A DNA stretch of 64,000 bases from Macrostomum hystrix (Eukaryota; Animalia; Platyhelminthes), in the NCBI GenBank assembly GCA_950097015.1, contig CATNEN010000003.1, positions 7,130,001 through 7,194,000 on the forward strand, written 5' to 3'. Position 1 is the first letter of the stretch. Each line of letters starts with the position of its first letter. Shown piece after piece: positions 47,701 to 60,334 of the stretch. The translations under genes and the position numbers were made by a program. The notes beneath the pieces are model-generated. The model saw nothing but the letters and a program-made list of their open reading frames with translations. It made no database searches and was not told where the DNA came from.

Positions 47701-49874
47701 GGGTACCAGCATCAGCTGGGATAATTGAAGGTGGGTGTGGCGTCCCCCCAGTCCGTGGACTGAACAGCTGTACGCAGCCTTCAGATGCGCCGCGCATTAG
47801 CTGCGGCTGTGCTGTCGGCTGCACATCTGACCCTATTGGGGCAGGTGTAATCAATTATTATTGGATCAAGTAGATTTTATGTCAGTTGTCAAACTATGAG
47901 TGAAAAAATGTTCTATATTTAACGACCAGTCATGCAGATTTAATAAATATTTAACCAATTTTTTTGTGCTTGAGAATCAAGGACAATGCGTTTTCTTTCT
48001 TTCCATGAGAAAATATGTTCCCTTTGCCCTAAGTTCTCAGCTGCTCAAGCAACAAAATGAAGAGGAAATGCAGCGAGTTATAGCGCCGGAGAGAGAGGAC
48101 ACAGCCGAAAACTGGCTGCTTAAATTATTAAACAGCTTCAGCCTTAGAGAAAGTCGCCCCGATAGATACTAAAATACTGAAAACTGGCACGCATTTACTG
48201 GACAGACTGTTGGCAAATGGATAGCTGTTGCTGCACTCGCTCACACACACATACGAGAAACTAAAAGCTACATAAATATATACGGCAATAGAATGTAAAT
48301 AAAATGCTTTCCCATTTCTAGTTGCTGGACCATCTACTAGAAGATTCTGCTGCAATCAAGTCACTATTGTTGAAAATGACTCGATAATCGATAATGAAGA
48401 AATTAGCAAATGGGTTATTGACATCCAATGGAATGAATGGTCAAGACTCAATAGGCGATGCTACGTTAACAATTGAGATTTAGGTAAAAAAATCTACACC
48501 CTGTTTAACAATGGACACTGCCTAATAATGGACACACTGTCTAACAATGGACACCCTGTCTAACAATGGACACCCTGTCTAACAATAGAACACCCTGTCT
48601 AACAATGGAACACCCTGTCTAACAATGGACACCCTGTCTAACAATGGAACACCCTGTCTAACAATGGACACCCTGTCTAACAATGGAACACCCTGTCTAA
48701 CAATGGAACACCCTGTCTAACAATGGAACACCCTGTCTAACAATGGAACACCCTGTCTAACAATGGAACACCCTGTCTAACAATGGACACCCTGTCTAAC
48801 AATGGACACCCTGTCTAACAACGGACACCCTGTCTAACAATGGAACACCCTGTCTAACAATGGACACCCTGTCTAACAATGGACACCCTGTCTAACAATG
48901 GACACCCTGTCTAACAATGGAACACCCTGTCTAACAATGGACACCCTGTCTAACAATGGACACCCTGTCTAACAATGGACACCCTGTCTAAAAATGGACA
49001 CCCTGTCTAACAATGGACACCCTGTCTAACAACGGACACCCTGTCTAACAATGGAACACCCTGTCTAACAATGGACACCCTGTCTAACAATGGAACACCC
49101 TGTCTAACAATGGACACCCTGTCTAACAATAGAACACCCTGTCTAACAATGGAACACCCTGTCTAACAATGGAACACCCTGTCTAACAATGGAACACCCT
49201 GTCTAACAATGGAACACCCTGTATAACAATGGACACCCTGTCTAACAATGGACACTGCCTAATAATGGACACCCTGTCTAACAATGGACACCCTGTCTAA
49301 CAATGGAACACCCTGTCTAACAATGGACACCCTGTCTAACAATGGACACCCTGTCTAACAATGGACACCCTGTCTAACAATGTAACACCCTGTCTAACAA
49401 TGGAACACCCTGTATAACAATGGACACCCTGTCTAACAATGGACATCGAGTCGAACAATGGACCCACTCACCAGCGAAGCCATCGCCGCACCGACAAATT
49501 CCATCGGTGCTGCCGCAGAAGCCGCCGTTGTCGCATCCGGCTCCGAGGCGACAATCAAATTTCCGCTGCGGCGGTGGTGGCGTCGGCGTCGGCGGGAGCT
49601 CGCAGTTCCTGCCGCGGTGGCCGCCAACGCACTGGCACTGATAGCCGCCTTCGGTGTTGACGCATCGGGCACCGTTGACGCACGGACTAGACAAGCACTC
49701 GTTGATATCGACGCTGCAAGTGTCGCCAATGAAACCTGGCTGACAGAGACACCTGTGCGACCAGTTGGAGGTGTTCACCAAGCAGGTGCTGGCCGGGTGG
49801 CACGGGCTGTGCTGGCAAGGGTCGGGCAGCTCGCACAGCTGGCCAACGAATCCCAATGGACAGGCGCACTCGAG

Positions 49875-49926
<52 letters not shown>

Positions 49927-52789
49927 ACGCGACAGACGCCGCCGTGTCTGCAAGGTTCTAGGCGACAATCGACTCCCAGCGTCGACTTGATTGCGTCACT
50001 GAGTGGACCTGAGTGGATTAGTTACTATTTGAATCGTTTACAGTTGGCTATTGAACATTAAATCATTTGCTGGGAAGTTGCAGCCTCAGTGGTTAGGGCG
50101 TCGGACTCACGACTTGAAGGTCGGGGGTTCGATTCCTGACTCCACTGGAAAAATCTGTGTCATTTAGCAAGACACTTAACTCTACATTGATTCAGTTCAA
50201 CCCAGCTATTTAATGGGTACCAGCATCAATTGGGGTAATTGAGGGTGGGTGCGGCGCCCCCAGTCCATGGACTGAACAGCCGTACGCGGCCTTCAGACGC
50301 GCCGCGGCTGTGCTTTCAGCTGCACAAGCGACTTAAATGGGGCAATGTTACAAAAACTCTTCAGTTAATGTTCGAACTCCAGACATTACGTTATGGAGCC
50401 CAAAGCTATAACCACGAGGATACGGTTGTTAACAAACTTCACGAATGTCAAACTAAGATTTTACTTTAAGTAAAATGCAAATTTTCCATGCCTCAGATAG
50501 CATATATAATGCTCTAGTTTCGACACTAATTAACACGATCTGGCACGGACTAATACTTTTCGTGAAAAAACTAGTTTTCGAACAGCAAGATCAGATAATA
50601 CTACTGGATTATGTTTTGATTTTTAATATCTTTGTGGATAGTGTTAGGTTTCCGTTAACCTTATATATACCTCCCGGGCGGCATAGAGAATCGAAAAAAT
50701 ACGACAGCAAACTAACCATGAAAATCTGGACCTGAAGAGAATAAGACAAAGAGACCATGACTTTTGGCTTCTAGTATCACTTTAATAAGACTGCTAGAAA
50801 AGGCAGTGGAGAGATAAGACAGGGGAGATATGAGATAGGTGAAATATGATACGGGTGAGATATGAGACACGTGAGATATGAGACAGGTGAGAGATGAGAC
50901 AGGTGAGATATGAGACAGGGGAGAGATAAGACAGCGGAGATATGAGACAGGGGAGAGATAAGACACGGGAGAGATAAGATATGGGAGAGATGAGACGGGA
51001 GAGATGAGACGGGAGAGACGAGACAGGGGAGAGATAAGATATGGGTGAGACGAGATGGGAGAGACGAGACACAGGAGAGATAAGACAAGGGAGAGATAAT
51101 ACTGGGGACAGATAAGACAGGGGAGAGATAAGATATGGGAGAGATGAGATAGGGGAGAGATAAGACAAGGGAGAGATAAGATATGGGTGAGACGAGACGG
51201 GAGAGACGAGACAGGGGAGAGATAAGACAAGGGAGAGATGAGACAGGGGAGAGATAAGACAAGGGAGAGATGAGACAGGGGAGAGATGAGACAGGGGAGA
51301 GATAAGACAAGGGAGAGATGAGACAGGGGAGAGATGAGACAGGGGAGAGATAAGACAAGGGAGAGATGAGACAGGGGAGAGATAAGACACGGGAGAGATA
51401 AGATATGGGAGAGATGAGACAGGGGAGAGATAAGACAGGGGAGAGATAAGATATGAGTGAGACGAGACGGGAGAGACGAGACAGGGGAGACATAAGACAA
51501 GGGAGAGATGAGACAGGGGAGAGATAAGACAGGGGAGAGATAAGATATGGGAGAGATGAGACAGGGGAGAGATGAGACAGGGGAGAGATAAGACAAGGGA
51601 GAGATGAGACAGGGGAGAGATAAGACAAGGGAGAGATGAGACAGGGGAGAGATAAGACACGGGAGAGATAAGATATGGGAGAGATGAGACGGGAGAGACG
51701 AGACAGGGGAGAGATAAGATATGGGTGAGACGAGACGGGAGAGACGAGACACAGGAGAGATAAGACAAGGGAGAGATAATACTGGGGACAGATAAGACAG
51801 GGGAGAGATAAGACAGGGGAGAGATAAGACAGGGGAGAGATAAGACAGGGGAGAGATAAGACAGGGGAGAGATGAGATATGGGTGAGAGGAGACTGGAGA
51901 GATGAGACAGGGGAGAGATAAGACAGGGGAGAGATAAGACAGGGGAGAGATAAGATATGGGTGAGACGAGACGGGAGAGATAAGACAGGGGAGAGAAAAG
52001 ATATGGGTGAGACGAGACGGGAGAGATAAGACAGGGGAGAGATGAGATATGGGTGAGACGAGACGGGAGAGATAAGACAGGGGAGAGACGAGACAGGGGA
52101 GAGATAAGACAAGGGAGCGATAATACTGGGGAACCCGAAGAGCAGCATGTATTGAGATATTTATAGATTCCAGTGTAAGTAGTAGGCCTTATAATCGTAG
52201 TATATTGACTGCAGATACTCCAGAGTCCATGTGGAGACAATCAATATACCTGCCAACTGCCTACAGTGCACTGTGAGTAATGCATGAGCACACGAGGTTT
52301 GAGCTGTAGCAGACACTGCAGCTCATCTGAAAGCAGCTAAAGAAGAAGTCTGCAGGGATCTGTTGTGATGCGGATATTAACGACTTAACGATTGGTTGTT
52401 GCCATGTGTTTTGAAAACTAACGCCAGTACTCAATATTCATCTGTGATCCTCCATATAAGGTGGATATGACAGGGCTGGGCATGACATTTCTCATCCATT
52501 TTTACTTTTAGCTCTAAAGATAGACAGAATACTTGCTCAAGCCAAGTCAAAGAGAAAAAATAGTCGATGTTCAACATCTAATTTTCTAATTACACGCACC
52601 TAGAGCAGGGCGATACTGGGATTGATAAGACAGAGACAGTGGCAGCAGCAACAGCAGCAGCAGCAAAGCACTAGCAGTACAATATGATTGGCATTCTATC
52701 CATAGACCAACTCTACAGAGTCCCAAGAGAGCTAAGGCCGCCGCCGCTGCTGCTGCCAAACACAAGTTGGGATCAGTGTAGACCGACAT
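35724..52789 (-). CDS. Notch-like single-pass receptor: 11 EGF, 3 LNR, NOD/NODP, TM, atypical short intracellular region
   Basis: Exons 52789-52600 (hydrophobic leader), 50008-49472 (EGF1-4), 45495-44957 (EGF5-8) and 39965-38133 (EGF9-11, three LNR with C..DG.CD..C....C.WDGGDC, NOD/NODP-like LARCLSRSLGALVRL / SLVTFQLD..C...CYRSA, TM) have consistent phases. The 3' exons (about 36732-36616 and 36011-35724) are tentative. Confidence 0.85.
35828..35948. repeat. (CTG/TTG)n trinucleotide repeat (CAG/CAA on minus)
   Basis: About 40 triplets with a 18-nt sub-period. Confidence 0.9.
36180..36316 (-). mobile_element. SINE family B 3' fragment
   Basis: Minus strand GGCTGTAAATTGGGTACCAGCATCAGCT...CAGTCCGCGGACT matches 47690-47765. 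Confidence 0.65.
40680..42400. repeat. 20-bp purine-rich minisatellite (GAGATGAGAATGGATGGGGT)
   Basis: About 85 copies in Notch-like intron 3. Confidence 0.95.
43160..44140. repeat. 20-bp G-rich minisatellite (GGGTTGTTAGAGAATGGGGT)
   Basis: About 48 copies with G-runs (G4-capable). Confidence 0.95.
44686..44917 (-). mobile_element. SINE family A, degenerate copy
   Basis: Shares TGTGGCCTCG..GCGGAATCGAGCTCAAGGACCTTGGTGCGA and the TTGCAGG.GGGCTG 3' end. Confidence 0.7.
45525..46378. repeat. 28-bp G-rich minisatellite (GGCTGTGAGGTGGTGGGTTGTAGGGGTT)
   Basis: About 30 copies next to the exon 3 acceptor. Confidence 0.95.
47561..47862 (+). mobile_element. tRNA-derived SINE family B with CORE-like central domain
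   Basis: A box TAGCCTAGTGG, B box GGTTCGATTCC, then GCAAGACACTTAACTC...CTTCAGTTCACCCAGCTGTTAAATGGGTACC (CORE-like) and an ATT tail. Confidence 0.8.
48495..49465. repeat. 19/20-bp minisatellite (AACAATGGA(A)CACCCTGTCT)
   Basis: About 50 copies running right up to the exon 2 donor. Confidence 0.95.
50073..50347 (+). mobile_element. SINE family B copy
   Basis: High similarity to 47561-47862 across the head, CORE-like domain and tail. Confidence 0.8.
50805..52130. repeat. about 15-18-bp GA-rich satellite (GAGAGATAAGACAGGG variants)
   Basis: Degenerate tandem array in Notch-like intron 1. Confidence 0.93.
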
Positions 52790-53099
52790 CTGGCAACCAT
52801 ATTTTTTAGTTCTCCTAAAATGGGAATAATAGCGAATGCCGAATTATGGAAATAATATCTAGCAATACTGTATTTCCCCCTACGCATTTACACCTAAAAT
52901 CTAATCTATTGGGCATTCCCTACCTTAGCTACAACCAAGTTGACACTACCAACCAGTGTTGCGTCAGGTGCCAAACAGATCTAATCGCGTGATTAATTTA
53001 AGCTGTAGGTGAAAATTGCAATCAGTCTTTATTAACTTGCATGCTATTAAAGATCCATATATTTCTCTCTTCCTGCCTTTATATCCCTTCTTTCTCCTC

Positions 53100-54605
53100 T
53101 CCTCTCCGTTTCTTCCCTCCTTTCTCCCCTCTCTTCCATCCTTTCTCCCCTCTCTTCCATCCTTTCTCCCCTCTCTTCCATCCTTTCTCTCCTCTCTTCC
53201 ATCCTTTCTCCCCTCTCTTCCATCCTTTCTCTCCTCTCTGTCATCCTTTCTCTTCTCTCTTCCATCCTTTCTCCCCTTTCTTCCATCCTTTCTACCCTCT
53301 CTTCTATTCTTTTCTCTTCTTTCTTCCATCCTTTCTACCCTCTCTTCCATCCTTTCTCCCCTCTCTTCCATCCTTTCTCTCCTCTCTTCCATCCTTTCTC
53401 TCCTCTCTTCCATCCTTTCTCTCCTCTCTTCCATCCTTTTTACCCTCTCTTCAATCCTTTCTCCCCTTTCTTCCATCCTTTCTCCCCTTTCTTCCATCCT
53501 TTCTTTCCTCTCTTCCATCCTTTCTCTCCTTTCTTCCATCCTTTCTCCCCTCTCTTCTATTCTTTTCTCTTCTTTCTTCCATCCTTTCTACCCTCTCTTC
53601 CATCCTTTCTCTTCTCTCTTCCATCCTTTCTCTCCTCTCTTCCATCCTTTCTCCCCTCTCTTCCATCCTTTCTCTCCTCTCTTCCATCCTTTTTACCCTC
53701 TCTTCAATCCTTTCTCCCCTTTCTTCCATCCTTTCTCCCCTTTCTTCCATCCTTTCTTTCCTCTCTTCCATCCTTTCTCCCCTCTCTTCCATCCTTTCTC
53801 CCCTTCCTTCCATCCTTTCTCTCCTCTCTTCCATCCTTTCTCCCCTCTCTTCCATCCTTTCTCTCCTCTCTTCCATCCTTTCTCTTCTCTCTTCCATCCT
53901 TTCTCTCCTCTCTTCCATCCTTTCTCCCCTCTCTTCCATCCTTTCTCTCCTCTCTTCCATCCTTTCTCTTCTCTCTTCCATCCTTTCTCTCCTCTCTTCC
54001 ATCCTTTCTCTCCTCTCTTCCATCCTTTCTCCCCTCTCTTCCATCCTTTCTCCCCTCTCTTCCATCCTTTCTCTCCTCTCTTCCATCCTTTTTACCCTCT
54101 CTTCAATCCTTTCTCCCCTTTCTTCCATCCTTTCTCCCCTTTCTTCCATCCTTTCTTTCCTCTCTTCCATCCTTTCTCCCCTCTCTTCCATCCTTTCTCC
54201 CCTTCCTTCCATCCTTTCTCTCCTCTCTTCCATCCTTTCTCCCCTCTCTTCCATCCTTTCTCTCCTCTCTTCCATCCTTTCTCTTCTCTCTTCCATCCTT
54301 TCTCTCCTCTCTTCCATCCTTTCTCCCCTCTCTTCCATCCTTTCTCTCCTCTCTTCCATCCTTTCTCTTCTCTCTTCCATCCTTTCTCTCCTCTCTTCCA
54401 TCCTTTCTCTCCTCTCTTCCATTCTTTCTCCCCTCTCTTCCATCCTTTCTCCCCTCTCTTCCATCCTTTCTCCCCTCTCTTCCATCCTTTCTCTCCTCTC
54501 TTCCATCCTTTCTCTCCTATATTTCATCCTTTCTCCCCTCTCTTCCATCCTTTCTCTCCTCTCTTTCATCCTTTCTCTTCTCTCTCCCATCCTTTCTCCC
54601 CTCTC
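53100..54605. repeat. 21-bp pyrimidine-rich satellite (CTCTTCCATCCTTTCTCYCCT)
   Basis: About 70 copies, nearly pure C/T on the + strand. Confidence 0.95.
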
Positions 54606-54988
54606 TGTTTATTTCTTAGAAAATGCATTTTAAATCGCAGTGGAATTAAACAAATGTTTAGCTTAGCTTTCAGATCGAATCTTTTGTTAGCTGAGACAGC
54701 AAAATCGTGTAGCTCTTCAGCGACCAAAATACTTCTAGTTATTAACTAGTAAATTATTAATAACATTAGTTCTCAGAATCCAGCCGGGCAGACGATGGAT
54801 ACCAGATGGCTTAGCTTAGTAATAAAATGACATCCAACAGGGCAAATAATATGATTATATCATATTTTCTAACGTCTACATCTACTCTAAAAAAGTTCTA
54901 GTATAGTTCTTTTTTATAGAAAGTATTCGTTTCAGTGCTGTAAAATTATGTAAAAATAACAACAATATTAATAGTAACAATAATTATA

Positions 54989-55150
54989 TTTGCGGGAGTG
55001 CTGGCAGGAGGCACTGGCAGATCATGTGGTTATCAGTCGACAAGCAGACAGCGCTGACTCCTGAGCTCACACAGGTGTGTAGATCTCACCTGACTTTCTC
55101 ATCGTCAGGCAGTGTACAATCTCACCGAGCCTCTGTGGTTAGCCCCTTAA
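54989..55150 (-). mobile_element. SINE family A 3' fragment
   Basis: CACAGGTGTGT..ATCT..CCTGACTTTCTCATCGTCAGGCAGTGTACA is shared with the other copies. Confidence 0.65.
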
Positions 55151-56576
55151 ATTTGAGCAAATTTTAATGAACCTCTAATTGCACGGACTAAATCCAACCC
55201 CAACTGGGCTTGATGTAATTTCTTGAATAGCTAAGCGGTCTATTCTAAAACATTAAATAGCTCTTATACACTAATCTAATACAAAGGGTATCAGGGCACA
55301 CAAGATAACAAGTTATCGGCTACATTAATCTATACTTTAGTAAAGACCACACTGGCATTGATCTGACTATAGATAACAACTAGCCCACCAAATAGGCCTC
55401 ACCAACTGTCCTTAATCCTAATTATCTTGTTCGCATTCATTTTTTAAAAGCTGATCAGTTGCGTAGTATAACTTGGACGACACAGACTTGGCCTTTAGTC
55501 TACAGCTGAGTCTCTGCTATGGCTGCAGTTAATTTTACTGGCGGCCATGCTAGACAAAGGGAGAGGTTTAAACACGTGAATGTACAGCTGCAGGACAATA
55601 CCAAGTTTTTACTAAATCCGACCGATAAATCTGGGATCCAATGCCAAAAACGTTCTAAGATATATAATAAGAATACCATAGACGATGCAATCTCGTATTT
55701 TGTTACGTCTCTAATAGGGCACGAATTTAAAATTACTATTTCCAAGAAACACCTCGAGATGTTCAAATAAAAAACTAATGCATTTAGCCCCAACAAGAGT
55801 CTTGCCTTTCACCTAAACTATAAGCTTTTAAAATGGGTCATTGAGCTCAAATACAGTCCATGAACCTATTCATTTTCCTGGACATTTCAGGAACTTTGTG
55901 TCAGTTTGATGGAAAAATCGACATTGACCTAATGATTAACTTAATGCAGCATTCCGATTGGCTAATGAGTTCGAGTCGCGTGTCTGTGTAGGGAGGGCTA
56001 CAGGTTTCTAAAAATAAATATTCCTTAGCCACTCACAAAAACTATCGTATGATGTATTTTTATCCATCAGTGGTTTTACTTGTCGCAACACAAAAGAGGG
56101 AAAATAAATGTGAAGAAAGTTGTAAGGTAAAAAAAGTAGCATCTCTTTGTGCATTGCGACTCAAAGCTCGGAATGTCAGTGGACAAAGGTAGACATAAAA
56201 ATCACGGATCAACAATTGATGTGTATATAGTTAGGTGTGAGTGTAAATTGTTTTTTTCAGTACAAAGCATTCATAATCAGACTAGCCAAATTGTACGAGT
56301 ATGAGGTTTATGTTTGTCGTTCTTTGTCCAATCAAATCAGGCTAACTAATCCGAGCATCCACAAGGATAAAAATATATCTTATACCGATTCTAATTTTAG
56401 CAATAGCATATATAATTGATATATTTTAATTAACTTGTGTGATAGTTTAGTTTAAACGCAAAAATATCTCAATGCAAATTAACAAAAAGTTAAGTTTGAA
56501 AAACTTACAACACTGAAAGTTCCAAAGTCTTCGAAATAAACAATTTCTGAAATTCAGAACTTTAAGAGACGAAAAG

Positions 56577-56650
56577 TTTCACGGGACGGGAATCGAACCC
56601 CTAACCTTCCAATCGTGAGTCCGGCGTACTAACCACTAGGCTGCAACCCC
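56577..56650 (-). mobile_element. isolated tRNA-like head related to SINE family B
   Basis: GGGGTTGCAGCCTAGTGGTTAG..CGCCGGACTCACGA..GAAGGT..GGGGTTCGATTCCCG; the acceptor stem does not pair. Confidence 0.6.
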
Positions 56651-57684
56651 TTCGGAAGTGAAATCCTAGAAAACTTTAAAGTAAAATAAGCCGACAAATT
56701 TGAAGTTCGCATTGTCCAGGTAAAAACTAGAATTCAGTCTCCTGGATAATTCTCATACGGCCTTCGAACCAAGGCTGATCCTTGGAAGGCTTAGATTATC
56801 TTTTAAGACTTTGGAAAGGAAAGTTCGTTGCTACTTTTCCCTGCCGCGCCCTTCAATCTTGGTTCGCGTCTGACATTGCGGGCGACCGAATAAGCGCGAT
56901 ATCAGCGGCTACCCGGAGCCCCCAAGAAACAATTTCACAACAGTTGCCTTCAGTCCTGACTGACACCCTCTATACCCCAAACCGGCGTTCGATAGATTTC
57001 AGAATAACTCTGTCTGTAGTTTGCTGCTATCTGTTTCATTTTTTTGACATCCTACAGAAGAATCCAGACACTTCTGTAGGATCTGCCTGCTACACTTTTC
57101 AGCAGTTAAAGCATTGTTTTCACTTTAAAATTAGAATTTTGCTGAACAAGCACTTTTATGTTTTACTATGAACGTAATATAAATTTCATTGTAGAATACT
57201 TTAATTTGCTCAATATGCTTAATAAGTGCTTTAGCTCACCCAGCTATTAACAAGACTTCAAGCATCCACATTATTATTACTTTCTGCATCTCCCAAAGTA
57301 TTAAACCAATCGCCATGACAAACTCCAATCATTACAGCGACGACCGTTCTCAGCTGGTTGGTGAATTTCGACATCGGTTCCATCTAGACCTCTTGAGTCG
57401 GCACGCAAACACGATAATAGCCCTGAGTACTCAAGCACACAATTTAACTGTGAGCAACTATAGCCCCGCTATGTCTGTCTTTGTCTCATTGGTAGGCCAT
57501 TAATATGCTCGCAAACTGCTTAATACGAGGCAGTACTACTGTAGTGCAAAAACTGTTCTGTTATGTGTTTGCATTGAGAGTGCAAAACTTTGATGAAAAT
57601 GGCAGAATTTTAGGGGCCAATGTGGGACACTTTAGTAGGATATTTCTGCCAATAATTCTATCTCACGAAATTTTCCTTTATCAA

Positions 57685-58855
57685 ACACCTTCACATCCTC
57701 CCTTCACCTGCCACCCTCACATCCTCCCTTTATCTGCCACCTTTACATCGCCCTTCATCTGCCACCTTCACATCCTCCCTTCATCTGCCAACTTCACATC
57801 ATCTGCCACCCTCACATACTCCCTTTATCTGCCACCCTCACATCCTCCCTTCATCTGCCACCCTCACATCCTCCCTTCATCTGCCACCCTCACATCCTTC
57901 CTTCATCTGCAACCCTCACATCCTCCCTTCATCTGCCACCCTCACATCCTCCCTTCATCTGCAACCCTCACATCCTCCCTTCATCTGCCACCCTCACATC
58001 CTCCCTTCATCTGCAACCCTCACATCCTCCCTTCATCTGCCACCCTCACATCCTCCCTTCATCTGCCACCCTCACATCCTCCCTTCATCTGCCACCCTCA
58101 CATCCTCCCTTCATCTGCCACCCTCACATCCTCCCTTCATCTGCCACCCTCACATCCTCCCTTCATCTGCCACCCTCACATCCTCCCTTCATCTGCCACC
58201 CTCACATCCTCCCTTCATCTGCCACCCTCACACCCTCCCTTCATCTGCCACCCTCACATCCTCCCTTCATCTGCAACCCTCACATCCTCCCTTCATCTGC
58301 CACTGCCACCCTCACATCCTCCCTTCATCTGCCACACTCACATCCTCCCTTCATCTGCCACCCTCACATCCTCCCTTCATCTGCCACCCTCACATCCTCC
58401 CTTCATCTGCCACCCTCACATCCTCCCTTCATCTGCCACCCTCACATCCTCCCTTCATCTGCCACCCTCACATCCTCCCTTCATCTGCCACCCTCACATC
58501 CTCCCTTCATCTGCCACCCTCACATCCTCCCTTCATCTGCCACCCTCACATCCTCCCTTCATCTGCCACCCTCACACCCTCCCTTCATCTGCCACCCTCA
58601 CATCCTCCCTTCATCTGCAACCCTCACATCCTCCCTTCATCTGCCACCCTCACATCCTCCCTTCATCTGCCACACTCACATCCTCCCTTCATCTGCCACC
58701 CTCACATCCTCCCTTCATCTGCCACCCTCACATCCTCCCTTCATCTGCCACCCTCACATCCTCCCTTCATCTGCAACCCTCACATCCTCCCTTCATCTGC
58801 CACCCTCACATCCTCCCTTCATCTGCCACCTTCGCATTCTTCCTTCATCTGCCAC
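57685..58855. repeat. 26-bp C-rich minisatellite (CCCTCACATCCTCCCTTCATCTGCCA)
   Basis: About 45 tandem copies. Confidence 0.95.
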
Positions 58856-60334
58856 TAATCGCAGAAATGTGACGGAACAAATCTACGAGCTAGAGGCAAA
58901 CTAATATAGGGGGTACTCAAGCTCCTTCACAATGGAATCCTAAGTAAGAGCAAACAATTGTTTGGTCTATTTACTCCCGACAGAGGAACACGCGAAAGCA
59001 CTCTATGACTTGACGACCTACTGACCCAGTATCATAAATCATAGTTGTGCTAGTCGAAATATAAACCAATGAGAATGACTCACCAAGCACCAAGATCATA
59101 ATGAGCAGAGCGACTGGGACTATTATTGCACGAGTCATTTGCGCTAGTGGGCAAGCTTAATTAGTAGGGGTCACATTTGAGTCCTATGAGCAGTTTTGAA
59201 GTAGTCAATCCTTCTTGATCTGAATCGTTTCTTTAGCTAAAGGCTTGGCTCAATATAGCGTTTATATCTAAAATTCTGACATCGATTTCTATTGGTTGCT
59301 TCGATGGACCAATAACAGAGCAGCTGGAGTGTCCGATTGAAAATTCTAGCCACTCAGACAGACTAACAAAATAATAGACAATCAGGTTTTGAATGATTAT
59401 TCCTTGAAAACTGATTGAAAACTGATAGATTGATGTGAAAATTGATAGATTGGTATGAAAACTTGTGGATTGTTGATAAAATTGGTAGATTAATTGAAAA
59501 AGACGAAAGATTTATAAGAAAAAAGAATTAATTGATAATAAGCAGACGAGCTGATTTAGAAAATGATTAGAAAAGATTGACAAGGTGACAGGTGCCGAAA
59601 CTTGAACAAACAAAAGCAGAATCAAACTATTTTTAGCACACTTATATTTAGAGAAGAAAAAATTAATGCACAAACATTCTGCGAAATGTCGCCAACAAAA
59701 CTTTCAATGAAGCTGAATTAATCCCAGAAAAATTTTAGGGGATAAAAGTCAACTTTGCCTCTTCTGTGACCTGATCGATAGCGATATTTTCTAAAGGATT
59801 TAAAGGCAAACAAACTTTTCAACGAAACGGAGCAGACTAAATAGGCGAGGGGAAAATAGTCCTAGACCTATTAGAATCAAACCGGATGACCGTTTTGACG
59901 TTGTCACACTTAAATAAAACGATTCTAAATTGCAACAGACTTCTAATAGATTTGGCTGCTAAAACAGTGTTGAAAATGTGACAAAATATGATGCCATATT
60001 TTATAGACTTTTTCCCCGATTTTCATCGAATCGAAATATAAATTGCTCCTATAGTTTATACTTGAAGGCTGCAAAATGTGAGCACAATCATGCAGACAGT
60101 AGCTCTAAAACTCCTCTGCCACCTTGAATTACACCATTCGAATACATAGTTGCCATAGCAATAGCTAAAGCATTATATACAGTTCTTTCTTATGAAATTG
60201 GCATGAAGTTTTGGTAAAAATTAACTCCAGATTCAGATCAACCAGTTAAAATATCTAAGGACCGGAAATTCTAAGAATTATGAAACTAGTAAATTACTAA
60301 CTTGTAAATTAGTAAGAATCGACGTTTTTAAGAG

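Noticed and set aside
50712-54749. Long ORFs of 324-577 aa (LSPLSYL..., MEERRER..., FHPFSPL...)
   Set aside because: Stop-free readings of satellites, open in several frames and on both strands.
56577-56650. Functional tRNA (CAC anticodon-like)
   Set aside because: The acceptor stem cannot pair and the D and anticodon arms are defective. It matches the SINE B head.
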